Below, in pieces: positions 13,714-24,972 of a stretch of DNA of 64,000 bases. The DNA lies in NCBI GenBank assembly GCA_963734545.1, contig CAVTHO010000008.1:160001-224000 (forward strand), in the 5' to 3' direction. Below the pieces are notes generated by a model, which was given only the letters and a program-made list of their open reading frames with translations, was not told the origin of the DNA and searched no databases. The position numbers and the translations under genes are program-made. The first letter of the stretch is position 1. Each line of letters begins with the position of its first letter. This DNA comes from an uncultured Spirochaetota bacterium (GTDB lineage Bacteria; Spirochaetota; Spirochaetia; SZUA-6; Fen-1364).

Positions 13714-14561
13714 GCGGGGCAGCTCAGGCCGGACGCGGCGGGCGCCGCGCGCCCCGCGCCGCTCGGCGCCCTGCCGGCCAGGCTCTGCCGTGATCTCTCA
13801 CTCCTCTTCACGGACATCGACGACACTCTCACGACGAACGGCATGCTTCCCGAATCCTCCTACGGGGCGCTCTGGGACCTGGCGCGTGCCGGCATCCGTG
13901 TCGTGCCCGTCACGGGCAGACCGGCGGGGTGGTGCGACCATATTGCGCGCATGTGGCCGGTGGCCGGGGTGGTGGGAGAAAACGGCGCCTTCTACTATGC
14001 CTACGACCGGAAGCGCCGCACCATGACCCGCCGACAGATCCCGGCAGAGCCCGGGTCTGCATCAGCGACGGGAAAAGCTGCAGCGCGCTGCGGCCCGGGT
14101 GCTTCGGGAAGTGCCGGGAACGGCGATGGCGGCTGACCAGGCTTTCCGCGTGAGCGACTATGCCATCGACTACTGCGAGGACGTGCCTCCGCTTTCCCCG
14201 CAGAGCGTGGACGAAATCTGCCGCATCCTCTCCGAGGAAGGGGTGCACTTCAAGGTTTCGAGCATTCACGTGAACTTCTGGCTCGGAAGCTTCGACAAGC
14301 TCTCCGGAGTCCGATTGTTTCTCTCCGGCGAGGCCATCGGGGCGCTGGAGGACCTGGCGGAACAAATCCTCTTCATCGGTGATTCACCCAACGACGAGCC
14401 GCTGTTCGCCGGCTTTGCCCACAGCATCGCGGTGGGCAATCTTCGCCGGTTTCTTGCCAAGGCTCGCCCACAGGCCCGAGTTCCTCACGGAGAGGGATTC
14501 GGCTGAGGGCTTCCGGGAAGCGGCGGACGCCATACTCTCCCGGAGGGCGCGTCCTCAGTAG
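13710..14561 (+). CDS. HAD-IIB family hydrolase, frameshifted
   Basis: FTDIDDTLT (motif I), VTGRPAGW, VGENGA, SSIHVN, FDKL, IGDSPNDEP. Confidence 0.85.
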
Positions 14562-15464
14562 GACAGCTCGTCGAGGCTGCACTCCATCACCTGCGTGACG
14601 GGCGTGAAGCCCACGGACTGGAAGAAATCGGAGGAGCGCAGGGACCTGCCCATGAGCTCGATGGTCAGGCGCCGCATGCCCCGTGCGCGCATCTCCGTGA
14701 GGAACTTCCTGCAGCAGCGCCTCGCCGAGACCGATGCCGCGCAGATCCGGCGTGACGGCAAGCTGCACGATGTGCACGGAGGTGCCGTCGATGATGCCCC
14801 AGGCAAAGCCGGCGAGCTCTCCCGACGGTGTCTCGGCGTACGGAGTATCGGGCGACGCCGTCACTCCCGGCCGGAGGCATGCCCCGCCTCTTCTCGGCGA
14901 ATCGCTCTTCCAGCCGCTCGGGGCGCTCGTCCGGGAAGAGCTCGAAGAAAGCATCCCTGTCCAGCCGAAGCACCTCCTCCGCATGCTCCCCCGGCCCCCA
15001 GGCGAAGGAGAAGTCGCTCATCACGAGCTCCTCGGTCTCCTCGGGCTCGGCGGGGAGCTTCGCGAGGCCGCGCGCCTCGCGGTTGGCGTTGTACCAGCTC
15101 ACGATGACCGCGCGAAGCCGCTGCTCCTTGTAGGCGAACCAGAGCTTCTCGATCTCCTTGTTCTGCTTCAGCGCATCCTTGAAGGCGCGGAAGACCCCCT
15201 TGCCCATGGTCAGGGCCCGGGAGAGCTGTTCCCGGTAGGCGGGGTTGTCCAGGGAGGTCACGAAGCTCTCCATGAGGTGGAAGCCTTCCGCCGAGCCCCA
15301 CCGCGGCAGCCGCGACGTACCTCTCTTCGGCATGACGGCTCACCCAGTGTGGAGAGGGGGACGAGCTCTCCCGATGTCGACGTCCGACCGCGAACTGCTC
15401 CTTCTGGTCCTCCATCGCGAAGCGCGATCTTGTCGATCATCTGCGGGGTGAGCTCGAAGTTCAT
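14555..15464 (-). CDS. UPF0158-like N-terminal domain with C-terminal GNAT acetyltransferase, frameshifted
   Basis: MNFELTPQMIDKI, LPRWGSAEGFHLMESFV, GKGVFRAFKDAL, then QLAVTPDLRGIGLGEALL (acetyl-CoA binding) and FFQSVGF. Confidence 0.7.
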
Positions 15465-15491
15465 GGCTCGAGTGTAGATCATGCCTCATGA

Positions 15492-16909
<1,418 letters not shown>

Positions 16910-16924
16910 CTGGCAAGGTGATTC

Positions 16925-16974
16925 AAGGGCCGCCCTTGCGCGGAACTCCGCGCAGTGAGGCGGCCTTTTTGTTT
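16925..16974 (+). terminator. Rho-independent terminator after eno, possibly bidirectional
   Basis: aagggccgcc-ct-tgcgcgg..ccgcgca-gtga-ggcggccttttt stem with U-tract, lying between convergent genes. Confidence 0.8.
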
Positions 16975-16978
16975 CAGA

Positions 16979-17737
16979 TCAGCCCTGCGCGACCTTGTTG
17001 CGCAGCGTGCCGATTCCCTCGATCTCCACTTCCACCTCGTCTCCGGCGTGCAGCTCCGCGGGCTCTCCCGAGGTGCCGGTGAAGATCAGGTCTCCCGGTT
17101 CCAGGGTGACCGAGCGCGCGATCCACGAAATGAGGGCGGGAATATCGAAGATGAGGTCACGCGGGCTGCAGCGCTGCACTTCGCTCCCATTGATCCGGGC
17201 GGTGATGGAAGCGGTCATTGGATCGAGGTCCGTGGCGATCCACGGCCCGATGGGCGCGAACGTGTCGGACGACTTCGCCCGCCACCAGTTCAGATCGCTT
17301 TTCTGCCATGCGCGCGCGCTCACGTCGTTGCCGCAGGTGTAGCCCAGGACGTAGCGCATCGCCTGGTCGGGGGTCACTCCCCGGCATCGTTTTCCCATCA
17401 CCACGACGAGCTCGGCTTCCTCGTCCACCCTGCCCTGGTCCCGGGGCAGCACGATCGTCTCCCCCGGATCGATCACGGCACTGGGAACCTTGAGGAAGAT
17501 CTGGGGCTCGCGAGGGGGCTCGGCGCCGTGCAGATGGTCTCGGTAGTTGTTCGCCAGCCCGAAGATTTTCGACGGCCGGCACGGGGCGAGGAGCCTGACG
17601 CCGTCCAACGCGTGCGCGGCGCCGGGACGGCCGGGGTCGCTGAACGGCGTGCCATAGATCTCCCGCACGTAACGGGTGCCCTCTTCCAGGACACCGAAGG
17701 CGATGCGTCCCCCGAGCTCGAAACGGGCGTACTTCAT
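16979..17737 (-). CDS. Fumarylacetoacetate hydrolase family protein
   Basis: [56 protein letters not shown]. Confidence 0.92.
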   Translation of the reverse strand: MKYARFELGGRIAFGVLEEGTRYVREIYGTPFSDPGRPGAAHALDGVRLLAPCRPSKIFGLANNYRDHLHGAEPPREPQIFLKVPSAVIDPGETIVLPRDQGRVDEEAELVVVMGKRCRGVTPDQAMRYVLGYTCGNDVSARAWQKSDLNWWRAKSSDTFAPIGPWIATDLDPMTASITARINGSEVQRCSPRDLIFDIPALISWIARSVTLEPGDLIFTGTSGEPAELHAGDEVEVEIEGIGTLRNKVAQG

Positions 17738-17762
17738 TCTGTCCTCGCCGCGAGATCCTTTC

Positions 17763-18041
17763 TCAGAGACTGGGCCCGGTCTGGAAGAGGCTGCTGAACG
17801 CGGACCCCGCGAAGTTCATTCCGACGATGGTGGCCACGCCGAGGATCCAGAGCAGGACGGCGAAGATCTTCAGGCACGCGGAGAGGACCTTCAGCAGCGT
17901 GTACGAGCTGCCCTGGTCCGCATTCTTGCGCGTGTTGATCGCAATCTCCCGCCATGCGAGCGGTGTATCCGAAGCTGCCCAGACCATTATCCCTACGAGG
18001 ACGAAAAGGATGAAAAGGAACTGCGAGACCAGGAAAATCAT
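17763..18041 (-). CDS. Small membrane protein with two TM segments (92 aa)
   Basis: GGAGG SD then MIFLVSQFLFILFVLVGIMVW, with two hydrophobic helices. It lies just upstream of the FAH gene on the same strand. Confidence 0.65.
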   Translation of the reverse strand: MIFLVSQFLFILFVLVGIMVWAASDTPLAWREIAINTRKNADQGSSYTLLKVLSACLKIFAVLLWILGVATIVGMNFAGSAFSSLFQTGPSL

Positions 18042-18206
18042 TCTTTCACCTCCGGTATTCGCCAGACTCCTCAAAGTCTAATGCCCGGAGGGCTCCTGTC
18101 AAGGCGACATTCCCTGCGCGGAGCGGAGTGCCGCTTCCCCACGGCCTTTCCCCCGTGGTAGAATATGCCGATATTAATAGTAGGAACCGGGAGGGGAAGG
18201 AGCGCT

Positions 18207-18344
18207 GTGATCTATCTCATTTATAAAGACGGTGAGATCCTGGTCGAAACCGACGACATCGAGTTCGTGAAGAGCTACGTGAGCAAGAACGAGGAGTGCT
18301 CCGTGCGCGACGCGCGCACGGGAAAGAAAATCCCCCTCGAATAG
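18207..18344 (+). CDS. Small protein (45 aa), not in the ORF track
   Basis: Extended -10 TGGTAGAAT (18156-18164), SD AAGGAG, GTG start. Reads MIYLIYKDGEILVETDDIEFVKSYVSKNEECSVRDARTGKKIPLE* with mostly G/C third positions. Confidence 0.7.
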   Translation: MIYLIYKDGEILVETDDIEFVKSYVSKNEECSVRDARTGKKIPLE

Positions 18345-18393
18345 GCCGCCTGCAGCCTTTTTGTCCGCGCGATCATCGCCGGACCGTCTGCTG

Positions 18394-19098
18394 CTACTTT
18401 CTGTACTCGATGTCCTGTTCCGAGCTCCCGATGAGAAGCTCGGGAGTGTTCCTGGTGAAAAGCCCGTTTTCCAGCACGCCGGGGATCAGCTTCAGCTCGT
18501 CTTCCATCCGGCGCGGGTCAAAGTCACCCCTGAACGTCACGTCCAGAAGCAGGTTGCCCAGGTCAGTCACCACGGGGCCCGCCTTCCGCACCGCCATCCG
18601 AATGGCTGCCTCCCCGCCCATCTCCCGGATCCTGCGGATCACCGGGGTCGCCGCGTTCGCGACGACCTCCAGGGGAATGGGGAAATGGTCGCACAGCCGC
18701 GCGCTGAGCTTTGCCGACTCCGCGATGATGAGGAGCCGACGGGACGCATAGGCGACTATCTTCTCCTGGAGCATGGCGCCGCCGCCGCCCTTGATCATGT
18801 TGCGCGCCGGATCTATCTCATCAGCGCCGTCGATGGTGAGATCGAGCGTGCAGTCGATGGCCGCGTCATTGAGGGTGAAGACGGGAATGCCGAGCGCGCG
18901 CGCCTCCAGCTCGGTCTGGAGGCTCGTGACGACCGCCCGGATGCCCCGCAGGCTCCCCTCCGCGAGGCGGGCGGCCACCCGGCGGGCGGCCCAGATGGCC
19001 GTCGAGCCGGTTCCCAGACCCAGGCGCATGCCGTCCTGCACGAATCGGTCCACGGCCTGAGTCCCGAGCGTCTTCTTGATGTCCGCGCTGTCCCCCAT
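18394..19098 (-). CDS. rpiA: Ribose-5-phosphate isomerase A
   Basis: GLGTGST, IDGADEID, IKGGGGA.LQEKIVA, VVTDLGN, IPGVLENGLF. Confidence 0.96.
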   Translation of the reverse strand: MGDSADIKKTLGTQAVDRFVQDGMRLGLGTGSTAIWAARRVAARLAEGSLRGIRAVVTSLQTELEARALGIPVFTLNDAAIDCTLDLTIDGADEIDPARNMIKGGGGAMLQEKIVAYASRRLLIIAESAKLSARLCDHFPIPLEVVANAATPVIRRIREMGGEAAIRMAVRKAGPVVTDLGNLLLDVTFRGDFDPRRMEDELKLIPGVLENGLFTRNTPELLIGSSEQDIEYRK

Positions 19099-19139
19099 GC
19101 TCACCTTCCGTTTGCAAACACTCCGAAGCAACGTATACT

Positions 19140-20292
19140 ATGAACAGAGGCGCGCGTACAGTGGAGCCCGATTCCATACTTTCGCAGGTTTCCTTCACCG
19201 AGTTTCTCGACCAGGTGCAGGACGGCCTCTATATCGTCGATTCGAGCCGGCGGATCGTGTTCTGGAACCGGGCGGCGGAGGAGCTGACCGGCTTCGCCGC
19301 GGCCGAGATCGTCGGCAGGAGCTGCTTCGACCCGAAAGTGCTCGATCACCGGACGATTCTCGGCGAGAGCCTGTGCACGGACGATACGTGTCCCATTCTT
19401 CGCTGCATGACCACGGATGCCGGGGGAACGGTGCCGCAGCTCATTCTCATCAAGACAGCCTCCGGACGGCCTCTGCCCTCTCAGCTCAGCGTCGGCCCGC
19501 TGCACGGCCGGGACGGCGCGGGCATCGGGGCCATCGCGCTTTTTCGCAGCATGCGCGAGGAGTACCAGCAGCGGAAGCTCGCGGTGGAAATCCAGAAGCA
19601 CATGATCACGCAGAAGGGCTTCGCGAGGAACGGGGTGCGGGTGGATACGGTCTACGCGCCGGTGGATGAGATCGGCGGGGATTTCCTGGAAGCTTTCTTC
19701 CTCGACGAGCAGCACCCTCATTGCCACCATCGCGGACGCGACAGGGCATGGCATCTCCGCCTCTCTTTTCACAATGGTCTACAAGACGCTCCTGCATTCC
19801 GCCTTCGGCCGTCACCACGATCCCGCGCGGGTCCTGGCCGGTGTGAACCGGGAATTCCTGAAGACCGCGGAGGTGGACGGGTTCTACATCGGCGCATGCC
19901 TGGTGAGCTACGACACGGTATCCCGCACAGGGAGCTACGCGGCCGCAGGCCATCCCCGGGGGCTCATCTTCTCCCGTGAGGGAGAGAAGCGCACGCTGAG
20001 GGAAAGCCTCGCCGTGCAGTCTCTCATGCTCGGAATGGACGCGGAAGCCCGCTACAGCGGGATCTCCTTCGGCCTTTCCCCCGGGGAGCTTCTTTTCATA
20101 TGCTCGGACGGGATCCTCGAGGCCCCGTGCGCCAATGGCAGGCAGTTCGGAGTGGAGGGCGTGGAGGAGTTCTTTGCGTGCTACACGGGAGACAACCCGC
20201 TCGAGGACCTGCTGGCCGAGGTACGCCGCAGCAGCACATTCCATCCGCTCGGCGACGACGTGAGCGCCATCCTGGTGACGCCGGCGCCGTGA
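19140..20292 (+). CDS. PAS-domain PP2C/SpoIIE (RsbU-like) phosphatase, frameshift near 19710
   Basis: PAS segment FWNRAAEELTGF. PP2C motifs IGGDF, IADATGHG, AAGHP, CSDGILEA, DDVS. Confidence 0.88.
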
Positions 20293-20415
20293 CAGGGGCC
20301 CTCATGCCACGGAATACCGCGGCCATGGCACCCCATGGCATTCGTGGCGCGCCGCCGCGGGCCGGCCTGCCCACTTGCACGTCTTGCGCGATTTTTCTAT
20401 AGTGGCGCACTTTAT

Positions 20416-21120
20416 ATGAGCAAAATGCCGATACACAGAGCGGTGAAGCCTCTCCTCATCGTCCTCCTCATTGTCACTTCTCCCTCCCTCTTCGCGGGCA
20501 CCCCGTCACCGTACCCCGTGGCGTTCGAGACCGAGCTCCAGGGATTCGCCTCGTGGTACGGTGGCAAGTTCCACGGACGCCTCACCTCCAGCGGGGAAGT
20601 CTTCGATACCAACGACATGACCGCCGCCCACAAGACGCTCCCGTTCGGGACCATCGTGAAGGTCACCAACGAGGACAATGGGAAGTCGACGCTCGTGAAG
20701 ATCAACGACAGGGGTCCATTCGTGGAAGGAAGGATCATCGACCTGTCGAGGGCCGCGGCGGAGCAACTGGACATGGTGGGCCAGGGCGTGGCGCGCGTTT
20801 CACTCGATATCGTGGATTTCGTCACCGACAAGGATCTCTACGCTGTCCAGGTGGGCGCCTACGCCCTGGAGAGAAACGCGGAAAAGGCGCGCGCGACTCT
20901 GGAAACCGCGGGTTTCGTCGTCACGGTCGAACGGAACGCCCTGGGAGTGGCGCGCGTGTCCGCGCGGGCCATCGCCGGCAAGGACCTCCCCGTCTGCCGG
21001 AAAAAACTGGAGGGGCTCGGTTTCTCGGGCTACCTCGTCAAGAAAGAAAAGACCGAGACCCCGCGTTTCTCCCGTATCAGCGCGGCAGGCTCTCCCACCG
21101 CCCTCGTGACTACTCCCTGA
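20416..21120 (+). CDS. rlpA: Septal ring lytic transglycosylase RlpA with SPOR domain
   Basis: ASWYG..FHGRLTSSGE, TAAHKTLPFGT, INDRGPF, IIDLSRAAA, and SPOR-like YAVQVGAY. Confidence 0.92.
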   Translation: MSKMPIHRAVKPLLIVLLIVTSPSLFAGTPSPYPVAFETELQGFASWYGGKFHGRLTSSGEVFDTNDMTAAHKTLPFGTIVKVTNEDNGKSTLVKINDRGPFVEGRIIDLSRAAAEQLDMVGQGVARVSLDIVDFVTDKDLYAVQVGAYALERNAEKARATLETAGFVVTVERNALGVARVSARAIAGKDLPVCRKKLEGLGFSGYLVKKEKTETPRFSRISAAGSPTALVTTP

Positions 21121-21844
21121 CGTCCGTGTGCGCGCGGGTAATCGGCTTCCCGAAGAAGATCATGAAGATGATGTTGATGCCGGCAAAATAGCCGGCGCTC
21201 AGAAGCCCGTCTTTGAGAAGGCGCCTCGCCGAGGTCCTCATCAGCAGACGCATGCTGAAGCGCACGAGACCGACCCGGGAAAGCCGGATGGCGATATCGG
21301 TATCCTCGCCGTAAAAAGCGATGGCAGTGTTGAATCCGCCCACCTTCTCGAGCATGCGCCTCCGCACGACGAAGTTCCCACCCTGCGCGATCGCGCCCAA
21401 CCCGAGGATGCGCTGGCCGATGACATTGGGAAGGAACTGAAACATGTAGAAGAACATGGATCCTATCTGCGCGGGCTGGGGCATGTCGTAGTAGAAGAAC
21501 GGCCCCGAGAGAAGGGCAAGGCGCGGATTGTCGAAATGTGGCAGCACGCGGGAGATGTAGCCGCGAGGCATGAGGCAGTCCGCGTCCACGTTCATGATCA
21601 GCTCGCCGTGCGCTTCCCGGCAACCGGTGTCCCGGGCCCGGGAAAGCCCTTTGCGCGGCTCGTCCACCACTCTTACTCCGGGGAAGCCGGCCGCGATCTC
21701 CGCGGTGCGATCCGTGCTCGCATTGTTGACGACAATGATTTCCACGTCGTGCCCTGAGCGTGCCGCCTCCCTGCTGACGGCCCTCAGGCATGGCCCGATA
21801 TAGTTCTCCTCGTTGTACGCGGGGATCACCACGCTGAGCTTCAT
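21110..21844 (-). CDS. Glycosyltransferase family 2
   Basis: SVVIPAYNEE, IIVVNNASTD, DAD, YGEDTD, TSARR. Confidence 0.92.
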   Translation of the reverse strand: MKLSVVIPAYNEENYIGPCLRAVSREAARSGHDVEIIVVNNASTDRTAEIAAGFPGVRVVDEPRKGLSRARDTGCREAHGELIMNVDADCLMPRGYISRVLPHFDNPRLALLSGPFFYYDMPQPAQIGSMFFYMFQFLPNVIGQRILGLGAIAQGGNFVVRRRMLEKVGGFNTAIAFYGEDTDIAIRLSRVGLVRFSMRLLMRTSARRLLKDGLLSAGYFAGINIIFMIFFGKPITRAHTDVRE

Positions 21845-21922
21845 GCGGGCTGAGTATATAAGCACGGCAGACTCATTGCAAAGCATCGCCTGGCTCTGTA
21901 TCTTTGACACTGAAGGAAACAT

Positions 21923-22417
21923 GTGAAGATAAAGCTCTCCCAGCGAATCCTCGGGTATGGCGCAGTCATCCTGGGCGGCATCAGCATCCTGGTGGGTGCC
22001 CTACCGTGGTTTCACGTCGTGGGTGAAGCATATTTCGTCGGTTTCGTGCTCTTCGGGGCAGGCGCGTGGATCCTCGTAGGACCGGAGCTGCGCGATTCGG
22101 CGCGCAAGGCGCTCGCGGTCATGCGTGAGGCACGACGCGCATCAAGACGCTCCCCACGTCGTCCCGGCAGAGAACCCGTCATAATCGATCCCCTCCTGCC
22201 CGTCCGCATTCTGAAGCTCGCCCGGGAGCAGGGGGGCACGCTCACCGTTGCGCAGGTGGCCATGGAGCTCACCGTGCCGTTGGACCATGCGGAGGCAGGG
22301 CTCAACGAATGCGTCCGGGCAGGCAATGCCATCCCGGACTACGACATCCCCCGCGCGCATGCCCTCTACCGGTTTCCGGAGTTCGCGGAGCCCGAACCGC
22401 CCCGTCTTTCCAGTTGA
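21923..22417 (+). CDS. Membrane protein with two N-terminal TM segments and a winged-helix-like C-terminus
   Basis: Two hydrophobic helices, then ILKLAREQGGTLTVAQVAMEL...YRFPEF. Confidence 0.7.
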   Translation: MKIKLSQRILGYGAVILGGISILVGALPWFHVVGEAYFVGFVLFGAGAWILVGPELRDSARKALAVMREARRASRRSPRRPGREPVIIDPLLPVRILKLAREQGGTLTVAQVAMELTVPLDHAEAGLNECVRAGNAIPDYDIPRAHALYRFPEFAEPEPPRLSS

Positions 22418-22442
22418 CAGGGGCTGGGGCCGCCGATAATCT
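22414..22442 (+). promoter_or_regulatory. Sigma70-type promoter upstream of tRNA-Arg
   Basis: TTGACA (22414-22419)-17 nt-TAATCT. Confidence 0.55.
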
Positions 22443-22450
22443 CTCACTAC

Positions 22451-22495
22451 GCCGCGGTATCCCCGCGGATTGCGCGCCGCGGTATCCCGCGGATT
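22451..22495. repeat. Two-copy direct repeat gccgcggtatccc(c)gcggatt in the tRNA leader
   Basis: Copies at about 22451-22471 and 22476-22495. Each unit can fold as ccgcgg-loop-ccgcgg. Confidence 0.7.
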
Positions 22496-22509
22496 ATCGT
22501 TGTGCTGCC

Positions 22510-22583
22510 GCCCCAGTAGCTCAGCTGGATAGAGCGACGGTTTCCTAAACCGTAGGTCAGATGTTCGAGTCATCCCTGGGGCA
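22510..22583 (+). tRNA. tRNA-Arg, anticodon CCT
   Basis: Cloverleaf: acceptor GCCCCAG/CTGGGGC, D-arm GCTC/GAGC, anticodon arm ACGGT-TTCCTAA-ACCGT, T loop TTCGAGT. CCA is not encoded. Confidence 0.95.
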
Positions 22584-22735
22584 AACGCGATCGCGAGCGA
22601 AAAGCCCACCAGGAGAATGGGCGCGAGGTCCGCGGTGCCCTGCTTCCAGTGCCAGCCTTCGAAGCAGCGGCGCCTGAGCGCGGAGCCCTGGTGGCGTTCG
22701 GGGTGGTAGAGCGGGGGTGCCATGGGACCTCCGGA

Positions 22736-24205
22736 TCAGACCCTGTGTCGAACCAGTCTGCCGGCCTCATCGACGCACTCGATCTCCGACCGGCTGGTCT
22801 CGAGGTCGGCCGTCAACGTGCAGATTGCCCCGTCCTTCTGCCAGCGGAGGCGGACCACGCCCTCTTCCGAATCCATGACCTGGAAGACTCCGTTGAAGGC
22901 CGGGTACTCGTTTCTAAACCGAATGAGCCTCACCAGTCTTTGAACCGGCTCCGCGCGGACCCGGGCATCGATCTCTTCGAGGCTGTAATTGTGCCGGTTT
23001 ACTTCGCGCCCTTCTCCTGTCCGCTGGACGGCTTCCGTGTCGTTTTCCCCCGCGAGCAGCCCCACGTAATAGACCTGCGGTATGCCCGGCGCGAAGAACT
23101 GCAGGGCCCGGGCCGACAGATAGGCCTCGTCGTCGCGGTCGAGAACGGAGTAAAAAGAGCACCGGATCTGGTGGACATCGAAACCGTCCGAATCCTTGTG
23201 CGCCGGAGAGAGAACGAAGCTCAGGTTTGCGCCGCGCTCCACGCAGGTCCGTACGACTCTTCTCGCATCATCGCTTTCGTAGAGTCCATTCAGGTCCGGC
23301 TTGACGGGGATGCCGTCGTGACAGTCGAGCATCGTGAATTGCCGGTGAGGGCGCACGGCGAGGTACCGTTTCAGCTTCCCTCCCTTCCTGAGGAGCAGGG
23401 CTTCGAGGATCATGTAGGGAAGGATGAAGTCATAGATCCAGTACCCATGCGCGGACAGGCTGAACTGGGTCGTGGGGTGCGCATGGACCTCGGGCAGCAG
23501 CTCGATCCCGAACGAGCTTGCCACGGAGCGGATCCAGTCGAGGAATCGGTAGATCTCCGGCTCCACGAAAAAACAGCTCGTCCCGATCTTCTTCACTATA
23601 TAGCCGATTGCATCCAGCCGGACCATGCTCACGCCGTTGCGGCTGAAACCTGCCATGAAGTCCGTCAGGAGCTTCCGGTATGCGTCCGAGTGCCAGTCCA
23701 TGTCGATCTGGTCGGAGGGGTCTTTCTTCCCGAAGGTGGTCCAGACCACTTCTTCTTCGCCAGTGTCCTCGATGGTGAACCGGGAAAACGGCAACGGTCT
23801 GCGCAGGAATATCTTTGAAAGGTCTTCTTGAGAAGGCTTCCCGTCCGGCCACATCTTGTCCAGCGTGATGAAGAGGTCCGCCCAATGCGCGCGGCGGCCT
23901 TTTTTCAGGAAGTCACGGAAATACTCAGACTGCCGGGACACGTGGTTCACCATCAGGTCGAGCATGACCTCCGAATGACGGCTGATGCGCCGGATGTCAT
24001 CCCAGCCGCCGAAGCGCGGCTCGATCTCCAGGTAGGTCAGGGGAGCGAAACCCCTGTCCCCGGAAGCCGGAAACGGCGGGAGGATGTGAACTCCGCCCTG
24101 AAAAAGGCCCGGGAAATGCCTGAGAAGCACCTGGTCGAGCGCCTCCAGGGTTCCTCCAAGCGAATCCGGATAGGTGATAAGCTGAACCTGGTTCTTCACC
24201 GCCAT
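22736..24205 (-). CDS. GH13_18 glycoside phosphorylase, probable sucrose-6F-phosphate phosphorylase
   Basis: QLITYPDSLG, GVHILP, DRGFAP, DLMVNH, RLDAIGY, LPEVH, DCHDGI. Specificity loops read KIFLRR and GFDVHQI. Confidence 0.88.
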   Translation of the reverse strand: MAVKNQVQLITYPDSLGGTLEALDQVLLRHFPGLFQGGVHILPPFPASGDRGFAPLTYLEIEPRFGGWDDIRRISRHSEVMLDLMVNHVSRQSEYFRDFLKKGRRAHWADLFITLDKMWPDGKPSQEDLSKIFLRRPLPFSRFTIEDTGEEEVVWTTFGKKDPSDQIDMDWHSDAYRKLLTDFMAGFSRNGVSMVRLDAIGYIVKKIGTSCFFVEPEIYRFLDWIRSVASSFGIELLPEVHAHPTTQFSLSAHGYWIYDFILPYMILEALLLRKGGKLKRYLAVRPHRQFTMLDCHDGIPVKPDLNGLYESDDARRVVRTCVERGANLSFVLSPAHKDSDGFDVHQIRCSFYSVLDRDDEAYLSARALQFFAPGIPQVYYVGLLAGENDTEAVQRTGEGREVNRHNYSLEEIDARVRAEPVQRLVRLIRFRNEYPAFNGVFQVMDSEEGVVRLRWQKDGAICTLTADLETSRSEIECVDEAGRLVRHRV

Positions 24206-24220
24206 GCCGCGCCTCGCCGG

Positions 24221-24874
24221 TCAATTCGTCGCGCGCACATCGTAGTCTTTCGTGATGACGAAGTCCGCGAGATGTCGATGCCCTGCGATGATCATGTGCT
24301 CCCTTGTCAGGACCTGCTCGACGAACGGATCCCGCGCCTCGCCGCCCCGGTTTCTCTTCAGCCTGTGCTCCAGAGTGTCCCGACGGCTCCTGGCAATGAA
24401 GACCCTGGTGTCCGCGTGTCTCAGCAGCGACGTATACGTTCCCTCCGCAATGACCACCGCGACACCCTCCAGGCCGATTCTCTCTTCTCCCACGCGGTCA
24501 TTGTCATAGTCGACGAGCGGCTTGATCAGCTCCTGCGCCCCCCCGACCGCGTCCCTCAGGTTGCCGTCCATAAGGTCGAGGTCCACCTCGACGTGGGGTC
24601 CGAGCCACTCCGGGTCGTTCCTCCTCCTGGCATCGTTCGACCGCGGCGGAAGCACGAAATAGTCGTCCTGCCCCAGGATGACGGATCGAACGCCGAGTTT
24701 CGCCAGTTCGTCTGCAATCGCTTGCGCGGTCTCGGATTTGCCGCTGCCCGATTCACCGGCAACACTGATGATGTACCTCGCCGGCTTTGTTTTTACCTTG
24801 TCGATTATCGCGGGCACGATCGCGCCGGCTGCCCTGCGGTGATGTTTTTCCACCAGGATGATGTCGCCCCTCAT
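24221..24874 (-). CDS. P-loop kinase (uridine kinase-like fold), probable sucrose kinase
   Basis: Walker A GESGSGKS, QDDYF, IAEGTY. It lies 15 bp upstream of the phosphorylase on the same strand. Confidence 0.75.
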   Translation of the reverse strand: MRGDIILVEKHHRRAAGAIVPAIIDKVKTKPARYIISVAGESGSGKSETAQAIADELAKLGVRSVILGQDDYFVLPPRSNDARRRNDPEWLGPHVEVDLDLMDGNLRDAVGGAQELIKPLVDYDNDRVGEERIGLEGVAVVIAEGTYTSLLRHADTRVFIARSRRDTLEHRLKRNRGGEARDPFVEQVLTREHMIIAGHRHLADFVITKDYDVRATN

Positions 24875-24899
24875 TCACCGTACCCTCCAGTCCACCTTC

Positions 24900-24962
24900 T
24901 TGACACATGCGGCAGAATGTGCAATATTCCAAATGAAAGAACTTTCATGAAACTTCTTTCAT
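24900..24962 (+). promoter_or_regulatory. Promoter with two overlapping palindromic operators
   Basis: TTGACA (24900)-17 nt-AATATT. Palindromes ATGAAAG-AA-CTTTCAT (24933-24948) and ATGAAA-CTTC-TTTCAT (24947-24962). Confidence 0.7.
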
Positions 24963-24972
24963 AAGGAATAGC

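Noticed and set aside
22451-22495. Possible CRISPR repeat
   Set aside because: Only two ~20-bp units 4 bp apart, with no spacers and no cas genes.
22584-22723. Short minus-strand hydrophobic reading ending in the tRNA
   Set aside because: It has no recognisable family and runs into the tRNA gene, so it cannot be supported as a gene.
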